DNA of 58,096 nucleotides from Nitrospirota bacterium (GTDB lineage: Bacteria; Nitrospirota; UBA9217): assembly GCA_963741205.1 (NCBI GenBank), contig CAVUHW010000036.1, forward strand, positions 1 to 58,096, in the 5' to 3' direction. The notes below the pieces were generated by a model. It saw only the letters and a program-made list of their open reading frames with translations. It was not told the DNA's origin and did not search any database. Below are positions 33,891 through 44,253 of the stretch, one piece after another. Made by a program: the position numbers and the translations under genes. Position 1 is the stretch's first letter, and each line of letters begins with the position of its first letter.

Positions 33891-35330
33891 TTACGCGGTG
33901 TTTCTCATCGGGATTTTGAGCTTCTGACCGACCCTGAGCGCTTTTCCGCGGCGAAGGTTGTTCGCCTCAATGATCTTCTGCGTGGTGGTCCGGTACCGGA
34001 GAGCGATCAACTTCAGCGTCTCGCCGCGCCGCACCTTATGTATGATGTATTCCACCTTCGGCGGAGACCATTTCGCCATCTTGTCCATGCCGGCGAGCAC
34101 TACCCCCCCCATCCCGGGAGGTACCCGAAGGGCATAAGGCGTGTTTGGGGTGGCATCATGCCGGAGTTCCGGGTTCAGCGCGGTCAGGAGCTGCGCGTCG
34201 ATCCCGGTGTTTTCGGCAATGCTCTTTACGAGAACGGGTTTTTCTATCATCACCGTTTCGTATGGCTGCGGCTTGTCCAGCTCTTCGAGCGTGAAGCCAT
34301 AGCGGGTGGGTTCCTTGATGATGGTCAGGACCGCAAGGAAGCGCGGATAATAGCGGGCCGTTTCCCGGGGGAGCCGCTCATAGAGGTCCCAGAAATTATC
34401 GAGATAATTGATCTTCTGTCCCCTGATCACACGCGCGACATTGCCTTCTCCGCAGTTATACGCGGCAAGGACCGTGGCCCAGTCGCCGAACATCTCGTGC
34501 AAATCCTTGAAATAGGCAATGGCTGCGGCCGTGGCTTTCTGGGGATCCAGCCGTTCGTCGATCCAGGCATTTCTCTTGAGCCCGTACTTATACCCCGTGG
34601 AAGGGATGAACTGCCAAAGACCGAGCGCCCTCGAACGAGACAGCGCCCGGACCTTGAAACCGCTCTCGATGAGCGGCAGCCACGACAGGTCCTCGGGCAT
34701 GCCCGCCTCTTTCAGCGCCTTCACCATCTCGCCGCGGTATCTTCCCGAACGCTTATAGGACTCTACGAAGAAATCGCGTTCCAGTGTCTGGAACGACTGG
34801 ATTTCCCGCTGCACATGTTCATTCATGATGACGGGGATTTCGGCCGAAGTGCCCTTGACCGACGTTTTGCGGGAGGCGGACAGCTCGATGATCCTTTTTG
34901 ATATCACGATCCGGAGGTCTTCCTTCTGCTGGGATAGCTTCGGATTGTTCCCGGGGACCTTCAGCAGGAGTTCGTAGGCCTGATCCAGGGCCTCGAAAGC
35001 ATGGTCCACTTCGCCGTCTTCCCAGTATTCCTGCGCCGCTTCAGTCAGATCAAGCGCGGTGTCGAGAAACACCTGTTCGTCATCAACGTTTTCTTTCTTT
35101 GCTTGATGACCGTGTTTATCATTCGTAGCCGCGGGATTGGCATCCGTAAACGCCGTATCGGTTGTCTCCGGTGAAGAGACGAGCGAATAGGCCGTCCCTT
35201 CATCGCCAACAGCAGCTGAAGACCCTCCGTCTCCGCCCTCCGTAAGGGGAACAGCCGGATGGGCGCAGCCGAAAACAGAGACCGATAAGAAAAAAACCAG
35301 ACAATAATATGAGAGGCGGATGAATTTCAT
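33891..35330 (-). CDS. mltD: MltD-like lytic transglycosylase with a LysM domain
   Basis: Lipobox FGC, LIES, GLWQF, AAYNCGEG, LPRET and C-terminal LysM. Confidence 0.88.
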   Translation of the reverse strand: MKFIRLSYYCLVFFLSVSVFGCAHPAVPLTEGGDGGSSAAVGDEGTAYSLVSSPETTDTAFTDANPAATNDKHGHQAKKENVDDEQVFLDTALDLTEAAQEYWEDGEVDHAFEALDQAYELLLKVPGNNPKLSQQKEDLRIVISKRIIELSASRKTSVKGTSAEIPVIMNEHVQREIQSFQTLERDFFVESYKRSGRYRGEMVKALKEAGMPEDLSWLPLIESGFKVRALSRSRALGLWQFIPSTGYKYGLKRNAWIDERLDPQKATAAAIAYFKDLHEMFGDWATVLAAYNCGEGNVARVIRGQKINYLDNFWDLYERLPRETARYYPRFLAVLTIIKEPTRYGFTLEELDKPQPYETVMIEKPVLVKSIAENTGIDAQLLTALNPELRHDATPNTPYALRVPPGMGGVVLAGMDKMAKWSPPKVEYIIHKVRRGETLKLIALRYRTTTQKIIEANNLRRGKALRVGQKLKIPMRNTA

Positions 35331-35541
35331 AATGGAATTTACTATAAACGAATACCGCAGAAATTGCAATTGGATATTCGTGCCCGCTTCACTTTATCCC
35401 TTTATTTTTGCTGGGAAACGACATTTTTTTATACCGGCACCTGATTATCGAACTTCGGATCAACTGTCAATCATCGCAGAGACTGAGCTGCCGTTGCAAG
35501 AGATGACACAATCTCGTTGTTCCCGCAATTCAAAAAAAATC

Positions 35542-35925
35542 CTACTCCTTCCAGGCGATAAAATCCATTTCAAGGGATACGTCTTTCGGAAGCCGGGAAA
35601 CCTCGACCGTTGCGCGCGCGGGAGCTTCCGATGGGAAGAACCCGCCATACACCTCATTGACCGCTGCGAAATCCGCCATGTTCTTAAGATAGATCGTCGA
35701 TTTTACGACATCCGGCAGGCCGCATCCTGCCGAAGCCAGGATTGCCCGGGTGTTCTCCAAGATCAGCTTGGCTTGCGCCTTGATATCCGCCTGAACCACT
35801 GTGCCGGTCTTTGGGTCGATCGGTATCTGGCCTGAGACGAACACAAACCCGCCTGCTGCTATAGCCTGCGAATATGGACCGATTGCCTGTGGAGCATCAG
35901 CTGTTTTAATGATTTTCTTGCTCAT
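35542..35925 (-). CDS. ridA: RidA family enamine/imine deaminase
   Basis: [29 protein letters not shown]. Confidence 0.92.
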   Translation of the reverse strand: MSKKIIKTADAPQAIGPYSQAIAAGGFVFVSGQIPIDPKTGTVVQADIKAQAKLILENTRAILASAGCGLPDVVKSTIYLKNMADFAAVNEVYGGFFPSEAPARATVEVSRLPKDVSLEMDFIAWKE

Positions 35926-36172
35926 AATAACCTCCAGTATTTGTTTATATTATATATTTTAACATATTAATTTAACGCTAATTTTTTAATTTAAAGTAAA
36001 CCTTTAATTATCCAACGCACCGAATGGCCGTTCAGGGACGGATGAATGACCACAGAGATGTCGGATTTGAATGAACGGAAATGGGGAATATCGAAAGCTG
36101 AGGGAGCCCGTAAGAGGATGTCGGAATTATGACGCCTTCAAAACGATTCGAAAACAACTATGGTGACGTATC

Positions 36173-38320
36173 CTACCCGCTCTTCACCCTCTTGACATCG
36201 AGTACGCCGTTAATCCCCTCGATATTTTTGATGATCTTGTTCAGGTGCTCCACATCCTTGATGTCGATGGTGAAGTTGAGTGTGGCCTGCAGGTCCTCTC
36301 CGGTAATCGCCTCAGCGTGGGTGATATTGGCCTCCGCTGCGCTGATCGATGAAGAAACACTGGCCAGGAGGCCGGGCTTGTCCTGGGTCTTGACCGATAT
36401 CTTGACTGCATGGGCCGCGATCTGCAAATCTCCCCAGGAGACCTCGATCAGCCGTTCCTTGTCGAAGGTCAGTTCGCCGACGTTCGGGCAATCCGCAGTG
36501 TGAATCGATACCCCCCTGCCCCTGGTGATGAACCCGATGACTTTATCGCCCGGCACGGGATTGCAGCACTTGGACAGGTGGATCAGCATGTTGTCCATTC
36601 CGCTGATCTTCATGCCCCCGCCTGACGGCTTTCCTTGCTTCTGAGGAGGCTTTTTGGGGATGGGCTCGACATGCGGCTTGTCGGGAGCAAGCCTGTTCGC
36701 CACCATGTGCGCCGAAACCTTGCCGTAGCCAATGGCCGCGAGCAGGTCGTCCAGGGTGGTATGAGACATTTCATTCGCTATTTTGAGGAGGTCATCCGAT
36801 TTGAAAATCTTTGACGGGCTGAGCTCGTGCTTCCGAAGGTCCTTTTCGAGGAGTTCCTTGCCCAGGAGGATGCTTCTCCTGCGCTCTTCGATCTTGAGCC
36901 ATGCCTTGATCCTGGTCCGCGCCTTTGAGGTCTTGACGAACTTGAGCCAGTCCCGGCTCGGCGTATGGCCGGCCTGGGTAATGACCTCGATCTTGTCGCC
37001 GTTACGAAGGATGTGCTTCAGGGGGACGATCTTGCCGTTCACCTTGGCGCCCACGCATTGGTGGCCGATATCGGTATGGACGCTGTAGGCAAAATCGATG
37101 GGCGTCGAGCCCTGCGGCAGTTCCTTGACGTCGCCGCGCGGCGTGAAGACATAGACCACATCGGGGAACAGGTCGCCCTTGACCGTGTCCATGAATTCCT
37201 TGGCGTCCGTCAGGTCTCGCTGCCACTCCATGAGCTGCCGGAGCCACGCGAACTGCTGCTCCTCTCGCTGGCTGATCGCGGAGCGCTCCTTGTACCGCCA
37301 ATGGGCGGCGATGCCTTCCTCGGCGAGGCGGTGCATTTCTTCGGTGCGGATCTGGAACTCGACGCGCTCTCCCTTGGGGCCGATGACGGTGGTATGAAGC
37401 GATTGATACAGATTGGACTTCGGGACGCCGATGAAATCCTTGAATCTGCCCGGGACCGGCGTCCAGAGCGAGTGGATGAGGCCCATAATGGCGTAGCAGT
37501 TCACCTTCGTGTCGGTGATGATCCTGATCGCGATCAGATCGTAGATATCCTCAAAGGCGATCCCCTGCTTCTGCATCTTCTGCCAGATGCTGTAGAAGTG
37601 CTTGGGCCTGCCCTTCACCTCGCCCTTGTACCCGTGTTCCGCGAGCTGCCCCTTCATGATCTCGATGAGTTCGTTGATATAGGTCTCGCGTTCGACGCGG
37701 CGCTGCATGACCTTCTGGGCGAGCTCACGGTACGCCTCGGGGTTCAGATACATGAAGGAGAGGTCTTCCAGCTCGGTCTTGATCTTCGAAATGCCGAGGC
37801 GGTTGGCGAGGGGGGCATAGATATCGAGCGTTTCCTGGGCAATGCGCTTCTGCTTTTCCGGAGGGAGGGATTTGAGGGTGCGCATGTTGTGAAGCCGGTC
37901 GGCAAGCTTGATCAGGATGACCCTGATGTCCTTGGCCATGGCCACGATCATCTTGCGGAAATTCTCGGCCTCGCGCTGTTCGCGGCTCTGGAGCTCCATG
38001 CGGGACAGTTTGGTCATGCCGTCGACCAGCATGGCGACCTCGTCGCCGAACACGGACTTTATATCCTCCTGCGTTACGGCGGTGTCTTCGATCGTATCGT
38101 GAAGGAGTCCGGCCGCCACGGTGGGCACATCGAGTTTGAGGCTGGCGAGTACGGCGGCCACCTCGATCGGGTGGATCAGGTAGGCCTCGCCCGAAAGCCG
38201 CGTCTGTCCCTGGTGGGCCTTGGCGGAAAAGATATATGCCCGCCGCAGCAGATCGACATCCGCGTCCGGATTGTAGCTTTGGATGCGCTCAACTATGTCT
38301 TCGAGGCGAACTGCAGGCAT
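36173..38320 (-). CDS. rel: Bifunctional (p)ppGpp synthetase/hydrolase (Rel/SpoT)
   Basis: HD hydrolase LHDTIED, DRLHNMRTL, YQSLHT, EFQIRT, TGS and ACT domains. Confidence 0.95.
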   Translation of the reverse strand: MPAVRLEDIVERIQSYNPDADVDLLRRAYIFSAKAHQGQTRLSGEAYLIHPIEVAAVLASLKLDVPTVAAGLLHDTIEDTAVTQEDIKSVFGDEVAMLVDGMTKLSRMELQSREQREAENFRKMIVAMAKDIRVILIKLADRLHNMRTLKSLPPEKQKRIAQETLDIYAPLANRLGISKIKTELEDLSFMYLNPEAYRELAQKVMQRRVERETYINELIEIMKGQLAEHGYKGEVKGRPKHFYSIWQKMQKQGIAFEDIYDLIAIRIITDTKVNCYAIMGLIHSLWTPVPGRFKDFIGVPKSNLYQSLHTTVIGPKGERVEFQIRTEEMHRLAEEGIAAHWRYKERSAISQREEQQFAWLRQLMEWQRDLTDAKEFMDTVKGDLFPDVVYVFTPRGDVKELPQGSTPIDFAYSVHTDIGHQCVGAKVNGKIVPLKHILRNGDKIEVITQAGHTPSRDWLKFVKTSKARTRIKAWLKIEERRRSILLGKELLEKDLRKHELSPSKIFKSDDLLKIANEMSHTTLDDLLAAIGYGKVSAHMVANRLAPDKPHVEPIPKKPPQKQGKPSGGGMKISGMDNMLIHLSKCCNPVPGDKVIGFITRGRGVSIHTADCPNVGELTFDKERLIEVSWGDLQIAAHAVKISVKTQDKPGLLASVSSSISAAEANITHAEAITGEDLQATLNFTIDIKDVEHLNKIIKNIEGINGVLDVKRVKSG

Positions 38321-38459
38321 AGGTATTCAAGCTCCAAATGGCAAGACATCATGAGATCGGCTGAAATAGAATCCAGCATGCAAACGATTCGAGTGACCAA
38401 GCGTCTGTGACTTTCAAGCGTCTTACGCTTCTCGGTACTTATTCGAGATTTTCAATTTC

Positions 38460-40238
38460 TTAGCTTGTACCGTATTTGTCTTTATCGATTTTCATGTCCC
38501 TTATCTCCAGTTCCACCGCTGTCGTGCCGTTCCAGGAATTAAGACGGGGCGTGAAAACCGCAGCCAGGCACGCTCCGTCCCTCACCTGCCTGCCGAGAAG
38601 CGCGCCCTTGTTGAAGGCGATCGCGTCCAGCATTGCGCCCTTCCCCTGCCTGAGTCTTATCTTCAGGTGATTGTTGCCGACGATCCTGCCGGAGAGCACC
38701 TCGAGACCCCGCGCCCCGAGTCTCGGCTCGGGATTTCCCTGGCCGAAGGGCGCCAGCTTCTCGATCTCTCGCATGAGGTCGATCGTCAGTTCATCGAGCG
38801 TCACGGCGCCGTCCACGGACAGCGTTCGGACGAAGCCCTGAGATCCCATGCGCTCGAGGACAAGCGAACCCAGCCGTTCGCGGAACCGGGGAATATTTTC
38901 TTCGGTGATGGTGAACCCTGCGGCATATTTGTGGCCGCCGAACCCCATAAGCAGGTCAGAACACGCCGCAAGACCCGCATGGAGGTCGAAGCCGGGTATG
39001 CTCCTGGCCGAACCCTTGCCCACGCCGTTCTGAACGCATACCAGCGCCGTGGGACGGTAGAATTCCTCGACGATCCTGGACGCCACGATGCCGATGACTC
39101 CCGGATGCCACTGGTCCGATGCCAGTACGAGCGCTCCGGCGGCGGCAGGGTCCGACCGAAGGCAGAGCATCCGGGCATCTTTCCATATTTCTTCTTCAAC
39201 GGACTGGCGTTCCTTGTTCACCGTGTCGAGCGCGGAAGCCAGCTCACGGGCCTCTTCCCGTGAATCCGTCGTAAGAAGCCTGAAAGCCGTGTCCGCGCGT
39301 TCAAGCCTGCCGCTCGCATTGATCCTCGGAGCAAGGGAAAATCCGACAGTCCCGACGCCGATTTTCTTGCCGTTCAGCCCGGAAACCTGCCTCAGCGCGG
39401 CGATGCCGGGCCGCTGGCGTTCATCCGCCGAAGACAGCACATCGAGGCCATGCTTGACCAGGATCCGGTTCTCGCCGGTGATTTTCCCGATGTCGGCCAC
39501 GGTGCCGAGGGTCACCAGATCAAGATACGACCTGAGCTCTTCGTCATCGGCCGGAACAGCCAGAAGGGCCTGCGCCAGCTTGAACGCCATACCGACGCCC
39601 GTCAGAACGGCCGCATGCCGCTGCAATTCATCCGATACACCCGGCAACACCAACAGCGGGTGCAGGACCGCGTAAGCATCGGGGAGAATTATCCCGGGAT
39701 CCGGGGGACGGTGTAAGGGGTCCGGTTGTATAAATTCGTGGTGGTCTGTTATGATCAGGTCGAGACCGAGCGAACGGGAATGCGCGGCCTCGCGTACTGC
39801 CGTTATTCCACAATCGACTGAAATGACAAGGCCCGCCCCCTTAGCCTTGATATTCTCCAGTGCCGCGGCATTCAACCCGTACCCTTCGCTCATCCGGTCG
39901 GGAATATAGCTCTGAACCTGCGCCCCCAGGCGTTTGAGAGCAAGGTACAGGAGCGCGCTGCCGCTCACGCCGTCTACATCGTAATCGCCATAAACTACGA
40001 TAAGCTCTCGGCCCTCTATCGCGGCCCGAATCCGGCTGACGGCGCGTTCCATTCCGATGAAGATACCCGGCTCGGATAGAGCGGTGAGTTCACAGGAGAG
40101 AAAGGACCTCGCATCGGAGGCGTCGCTTATCCCCCGATTGACCATCAACCGGGAGATGAGAGGATGAACTCCTGCCTCCTCCGAGAGCATGGCCGCCAGA
40201 CCCGCATCAGACTCTGCCAGGACCCATTTCATGCTCAC
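38460..40238 (-). CDS. recJ: Single-stranded-DNA exonuclease RecJ
   Basis: YGDYDVDG, TDHH, PRINASGR, GSARS, FGGH, PFGQGNPEP. Confidence 0.95.
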   Translation of the reverse strand: MSMKWVLAESDAGLAAMLSEEAGVHPLISRLMVNRGISDASDARSFLSCELTALSEPGIFIGMERAVSRIRAAIEGRELIVVYGDYDVDGVSGSALLYLALKRLGAQVQSYIPDRMSEGYGLNAAALENIKAKGAGLVISVDCGITAVREAAHSRSLGLDLIITDHHEFIQPDPLHRPPDPGIILPDAYAVLHPLLVLPGVSDELQRHAAVLTGVGMAFKLAQALLAVPADDEELRSYLDLVTLGTVADIGKITGENRILVKHGLDVLSSADERQRPGIAALRQVSGLNGKKIGVGTVGFSLAPRINASGRLERADTAFRLLTTDSREEARELASALDTVNKERQSVEEEIWKDARMLCLRSDPAAAGALVLASDQWHPGVIGIVASRIVEEFYRPTALVCVQNGVGKGSARSIPGFDLHAGLAACSDLLMGFGGHKYAAGFTITEENIPRFRERLGSLVLERMGSQGFVRTLSVDGAVTLDELTIDLMREIEKLAPFGQGNPEPRLGARGLEVLSGRIVGNNHLKIRLRQGKGAMLDAIAFNKGALLGRQVRDGACLAAVFTPRLNSWNGTTAVELEIRDMKIDKDKYGTS

Positions 40239-40249
40239 TGCTGTACCCG

Positions 40250-40438
40250 CTATCCCTTTTTCTCGTTCTCTTTGTCTTCTTTCTTTGCCGTTTCATCGTG
40301 AGAATCCGAAAGGCCCTTTTTGAATCCCCTGATGGCCTTGCCGAGCCCCTCGCCGAGCTGCGGCAGCCTGCTCCCCCCGAAAATAACCAGCGCAATGACC
40401 AAAATAATGACTAACTCCGGCATTCCCAATCCGCACAT
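40250..40438 (-). CDS. tatA: Twin-arginine translocase TatA/E
   Basis: [39 protein letters not shown]. Confidence 0.92.
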   Translation of the reverse strand: MCGLGMPELVIILVIALVIFGGSRLPQLGEGLGKAIRGFKKGLSDSHDETAKKEDKENEKKG

Positions 40439-41001
40439 GCTGCCTCCTCGTATTCCTGTGGCGTATTTAGATTTTTGAACGATCTTCTCGCAGGGTCAAA
40501 GCGGTCGATTTCCTCTTCCGTCACGTACCGCACGCGGCCCATTCCGAACAGGACCCGGATCCGCTGCTCCTCCTGCCTGATTTGTCTTTCGATGACCGGA
40601 ACAAGTTTCTTTCTGTACACGGCATGAAGGGGTTCGAACAGACCGCCGACTGCCGGAACGACGATGTCGTATCCCTCGGCAAGGCCCCCCATGTACGCCA
40701 TCAGGCGAGGATTCAGAAACGGCATGTCGCAGGCGACCACAAAATTGTATTCGTCCGCCGATTTCCGCAGCCCGGAATAGATCCCGGTAAGGGGTCCGCG
40801 CATTTCAAACGCGTCTGTCACCACCGCCACACCGTAGGCATCATACGACCGCGGCGAATTCGTTACGATGATGATGTCCCGGCAGACGGCTTTGAGAGGC
40901 CGCAGAACGCGCTCGATCATGGGAATGCCGTCAAGCTTCAAAAAAGCCTTGTCCGTGCCCATGCGCTTATTTTCGCCGCCTGCAAGCACGATGCCCGTCA
41001 T
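40411..41001 (-). CDS. mobA: Molybdenum cofactor guanylyltransferase
   Basis: [38 protein letters not shown]. Confidence 0.93.
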   Translation of the reverse strand: MTGIVLAGGENKRMGTDKAFLKLDGIPMIERVLRPLKAVCRDIIIVTNSPRSYDAYGVAVVTDAFEMRGPLTGIYSGLRKSADEYNFVVACDMPFLNPRLMAYMGGLAEGYDIVVPAVGGLFEPLHAVYRKKLVPVIERQIRQEEQRIRVLFGMGRVRYVTEEEIDRFDPARRSFKNLNTPQEYEEAACADWECRS

Positions 41002-41006
41002 GGTTA

Positions 41007-41035
41007 AAATTACAGCATTTACTGTGGCCTGTCAA
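41007..41035 (-). promoter_or_regulatory. sigma70-type promoter immediately before the mobA ATG (leaderless?)
   Basis: Minus strand TTGACA-17 nt-TAATTT-5 nt-ATG; no SD. Confidence 0.5.
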
Positions 41036-41117
41036 CCGGGAACTTGACTCTTCAACGCCTTATATCCGGAATCCTGCATCATGACTACGGACAGACAGCT
41101 AAAATTAGAACTTTACG

Positions 41118-41145
41118 TTGACAGCATTTCTCATGCCGTTATAAT
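41118..41145 (+). promoter_or_regulatory. Consensus sigma70 promoter of the copper locus
   Basis: TTGACA (41118-23), 16 nt, TATAAT (41140-45); the ATG at 41153 follows after 7 nt. Confidence 0.75.
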
Positions 41146-41152
41146 AGTCACA

Positions 41153-41437
41153 ATGAAATGGCAAGCCATCATCGTACTCCTTGCGATCTCTCTTTGTGTC
41201 GTTCTTCCCCCAGCCCTGCCCCTTGTCAGTCCACGCGGCGCACAAGCGGCGATTGGAACACTGGACGTTTGTCACTCGTCGAAGCCGGCCCTCTTATCAA
41301 ACGGCGAGATGCCCTGTGTCAGTGAGGGCTCGTGCCGGCTGCTTACCGTGGAGCAAATAATTGTTCATGAAATGATAAATCCCCCTTGTAAACCTGTCTT
41401 TGTCGCCTTTCAAGACGAACGCCCCCCGAAAGCCTGA
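41153..41437 (+). CDS. Small exported Cys/His protein ending in ERPPKA; DUF2946/CruR/CutF-like upstream ORF candidate
   Basis: Signal-like N-terminus MKWQAIIVLLAISLCVV, then LDVCH, PCVSEGSC, PPCKP and a C-terminal DERPPKA-stop; first gene of the copper cluster. Confidence 0.65.
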   Translation: MKWQAIIVLLAISLCVVLPPALPLVSPRGAQAAIGTLDVCHSSKPALLSNGEMPCVSEGSCRLLTVEQIIVHEMINPPCKPVFVAFQDERPPKA

Positions 41438-41658
41438 TCCGTAACAACAGACAAAGCTCCGGCTCATTCAATTTCCCGCGACAGGTGCGCCAGCCTACTG
41501 GCTTGTTTGCGGCAGGACTTGCCGGTTTCTCGTCATCCTGTCCTCTGGACTCGGCTCCACCTCGGGAATATACGTACTAACATCCAAAATCGGGACTATT
41601 CTTCTGATGAACGCCGTTTATTTAGTCCCTGTTAAGATACCTTACAGGAGGTCTCACA

Positions 41659-42630
41659 TTGAAGAAGTATACGGTAATCGTTTTTCTGGCAATCGGGTTT
41701 TTGAGTACTCTCGCAGGGTCCGTCCGTGGCCTGTGATTTTTGCCTGCTGTCTCAGGGCATATCACCTCTCGACACCATGAAAGGTAACGGCATCAAGGTT
41801 AGTGAACGGTATACGCTGCTGGACCAGGTGTACCAGGGAACAAGCAAACAGGCGAACCCTGGAGTAAAAGAAGAACACTGGACTACGGAACTCACCGGGT
41901 TTTACGGCATGACGCCGGAATTCATGGTTTTGGCTGTTGTGCCGTATAAGACGGGCAAAACGAGCGGCGAGTTGGACCGTACGACCGATCCTGTGGGACT
42001 CGATACGGCAGGCGCCGGTAACGCCTCAGGGATCGGCGATGTCGCACTCATGGGGCGGTATACGTTTTTAAAACATGAAAATCCAGAGACAACAGACATC
42101 TTCGCCGGTCTGTTCGGAGTTAAATTTGCAACAGGAAAAACGGACGCGCGGACCGCTGACGGCGCTGAATTCCTCGACAGCCATCTGCAGCCGGGAACGG
42201 GTTCGACCGACTATCTTCTCGGGCTGTCGTACAGCCATTCCCTGTCACGATTTTCCGTGTCCGCCAACATCCTCGGGACAATCACTACGGCGGGGAAGTT
42301 CGGGGACACGAAACACCAGTTCGGGAATTCCTTAAACTACGACGTTACCGGGAAATATCGAGTTTATCCTGAAGTCTTCTCGCCTATGAAGCCGCAGTTC
42401 TTCGTGCATTAGGAATCAACGGAGAATTACGGGAGAGGGAGAAAGTAGATGGTGAAACCGACCCTGATTCCGGAGGGAACACAACCTATCTTTCGCCCGG
42501 AGTGCAGCTTGTACTCGTGCCGCATTGGGTGATAGAACTATCGTACCAGTGGGCCGTATCTCATAATTTATACGGAACCCAGCTCGGCGAAACTTACAAG
42601 GCAGTCGGAGGAGTGACATACCTGTTCTAG
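41659..42630 (+). CDS. Outer-membrane beta-barrel 'transporter' with an N-terminal CxxC (frameshifts near 41725 and 42405)
   Basis: SD AGGAGG with TTG start; mature N-terminus ACDFC; GIGDVAL and LQPGTGSTD; after the shift SGGNTTYLSPG...GVTYLF-stop (terminal Phe). Confidence 0.72.
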
Positions 42631-42802
42631 GGGGAATAATCTCGTTGAATTCGGTCGGGGCCGCTCCCGCCCCTCGAGATTCTTCAAACCATGCATCTTC
42701 GGTTTCTGGAATGAGAACGAGCTATACTTATCGCAGTTATCGGGGAGGGGCGTAAAGAAAAGGCATACGTTTCAGAAAAGGAGATACGTCACGAAAGCCG
42801 TC

Positions 42803-43726
42803 ATGAAAATCGTTGGGGTGGTTATCGGTTTAGCGATTTCGATGACCTCGCCCGCCACATCCTTTGCCCACGGTGTGGCAGGGCAGCGTTTTTTCCCGAC
42901 GACCTTTGCCGTTGACGACCCGTTCATTGCGGATGAGTTTTCCTTGCTCTATAATTCCCTCAAACCATCCACTAACGCATCACAGCCTGACACGAGCCTT
43001 GACGTGGCATATTCCAAACGCATATTCCCGAACTTCGGTGTCGAAATCGATGAGTCATACCAGCATGTGAACACCGACACCGGTATGGCAAGCGGCTTCG
43101 CCAATCTCGGAGTAAACGTGAAATACCAGTTCTTCACGAGCGCGAAACACGAAACGATCCTCTCGATCGGCGTAGCCGACGAGATCGGCCACACCGGGTC
43201 CGCCAAGGTCGGCGTCGATACCTTTTCAACCATATCGCCGGCGTTCTTTTTCGGCAAAGGCCTCGGCGATCTGCCCGACTCAATGGGCTATCTCAGGCCC
43301 CTTGCGGTGACCGGCGTCCTAGGCCTGAACATCCCCTCGCAGAAAACGACGAGCACAATCGATGACCAGGGAAACGTAAACGTTTCGGACAATCCCACAA
43401 CCCTCACGTGGGCGTTTACGCTTCAGTACAGCCTGATGTATCTTCAGTCGGCAGTCAAAGACGTGGGACTTGGCGTTCCCTTTAACCGGATGGTCGCAGT
43501 CGTCGAATTTCCCATGGAGACCTGCCTGAACGCTGACTGCAAAAATCAAACGACCGGGACCGTAAACCCCGGGATTGCCTGGATAGGAAAATATACCGAG
43601 CTCGGCATTGCCGCGGAAATCCCCATGAACCCGCGGTCCGGCGCGGGGACCGGAATATTCGCCCTCTTCCACCTCTTTATCGATGACCTGTTCCCGACAA
43701 GCATTGGGAGGCCGATATTTCCGTAG
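42803..43726 (+). CDS. Exported/outer-membrane protein of a copC/copD-associated family
   Basis: Signal peptide, then AHGVAGQRFFPTTFAVDDP; ends HLFIDDLFPTSIGRPIF. Family recognised from memory as a neighbour of copCD. Confidence 0.65.
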   Translation: MKIVGVVIGLAISMTSPATSFAHGVAGQRFFPTTFAVDDPFIADEFSLLYNSLKPSTNASQPDTSLDVAYSKRIFPNFGVEIDESYQHVNTDTGMASGFANLGVNVKYQFFTSAKHETILSIGVADEIGHTGSAKVGVDTFSTISPAFFFGKGLGDLPDSMGYLRPLAVTGVLGLNIPSQKTTSTIDDQGNVNVSDNPTTLTWAFTLQYSLMYLQSAVKDVGLGVPFNRMVAVVEFPMETCLNADCKNQTTGTVNPGIAWIGKYTELGIAAEIPMNPRSGAGTGIFALFHLFIDDLFPTSIGRPIFP

Positions 43727-43728
43727 TC

Positions 43729-43815
43729 AACCCATCCCCCTCTCAATCTCCCCCTTGAAGGGGGAGAAGGTTTAACATTTCCTCCCCTTCAAGGGGAGGC
43801 TAGGTGGGGATGGTT
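43729..43815. repeat. Nested palindromic intergenic element (REP/MITE-like)
   Basis: Outer CCATCCCC/GGGGATGG enclosing two hairpins, TCTCCCCCT-TGA-AGGGGGAGA and CCTCCCCT-TCA-AGGGGAGG. Confidence 0.8.
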
Positions 43816-43853
43816 CTGGTTGCGGCTTCTGGCCGCGCTATGAAAGCATCATT

Positions 43854-44234
43854 ATGAATCGTCGGCATAACAACCAAACGTTGATCGCTCTTATGCTAAT
43901 TATGAGCATGTGCATTCTTTTGCCGAGAATCGCGCGCGCGCATGCGTACCCGGACCATGCCGAGCCCAAAGTCGGCTCGACCATCTCAACCGCGCCCGCC
44001 CAGGTGCGCATCTGGTTCGACAGTGCCCTCGAGCCTGCCTTTTCCTCGATCATGGTCCATACTGAGGGCGAAACCATGGTCGACAAGCGTGACGGCCATG
44101 TGGACCCCTCCGATCCGACGCTCCTGGAAGTCAGTGTGCCTCCCTTGCCACCGGGCCGTTATATTGTCATCTGGAGCGTCGTGGCGAGGGACGGACACAG
44201 GACCTCGGGCGAATTCAAGTTTACGATCAAATGA
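43854..44234 (+). CDS. copC: Copper-binding protein CopC
   Basis: Mature N-terminal His (AHAYP), WSVVARDGH, GEFKFTI. Confidence 0.9.
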   Translation: MNRRHNNQTLIALMLIMSMCILLPRIARAHAYPDHAEPKVGSTISTAPAQVRIWFDSALEPAFSSIMVHTEGETMVDKRDGHVDPSDPTLLEVSVPPLPPGRYIVIWSVVARDGHRTSGEFKFTIK

Positions 44235-44253
44235 GGACGTCTGATAAGGTCCC

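Noticed and set aside
40411-40438. TatA beginning MCG rather than MFG and overlapping mobA
   Set aside because: A single-base difference inside an ordinary short overlap; nothing supports special meaning.
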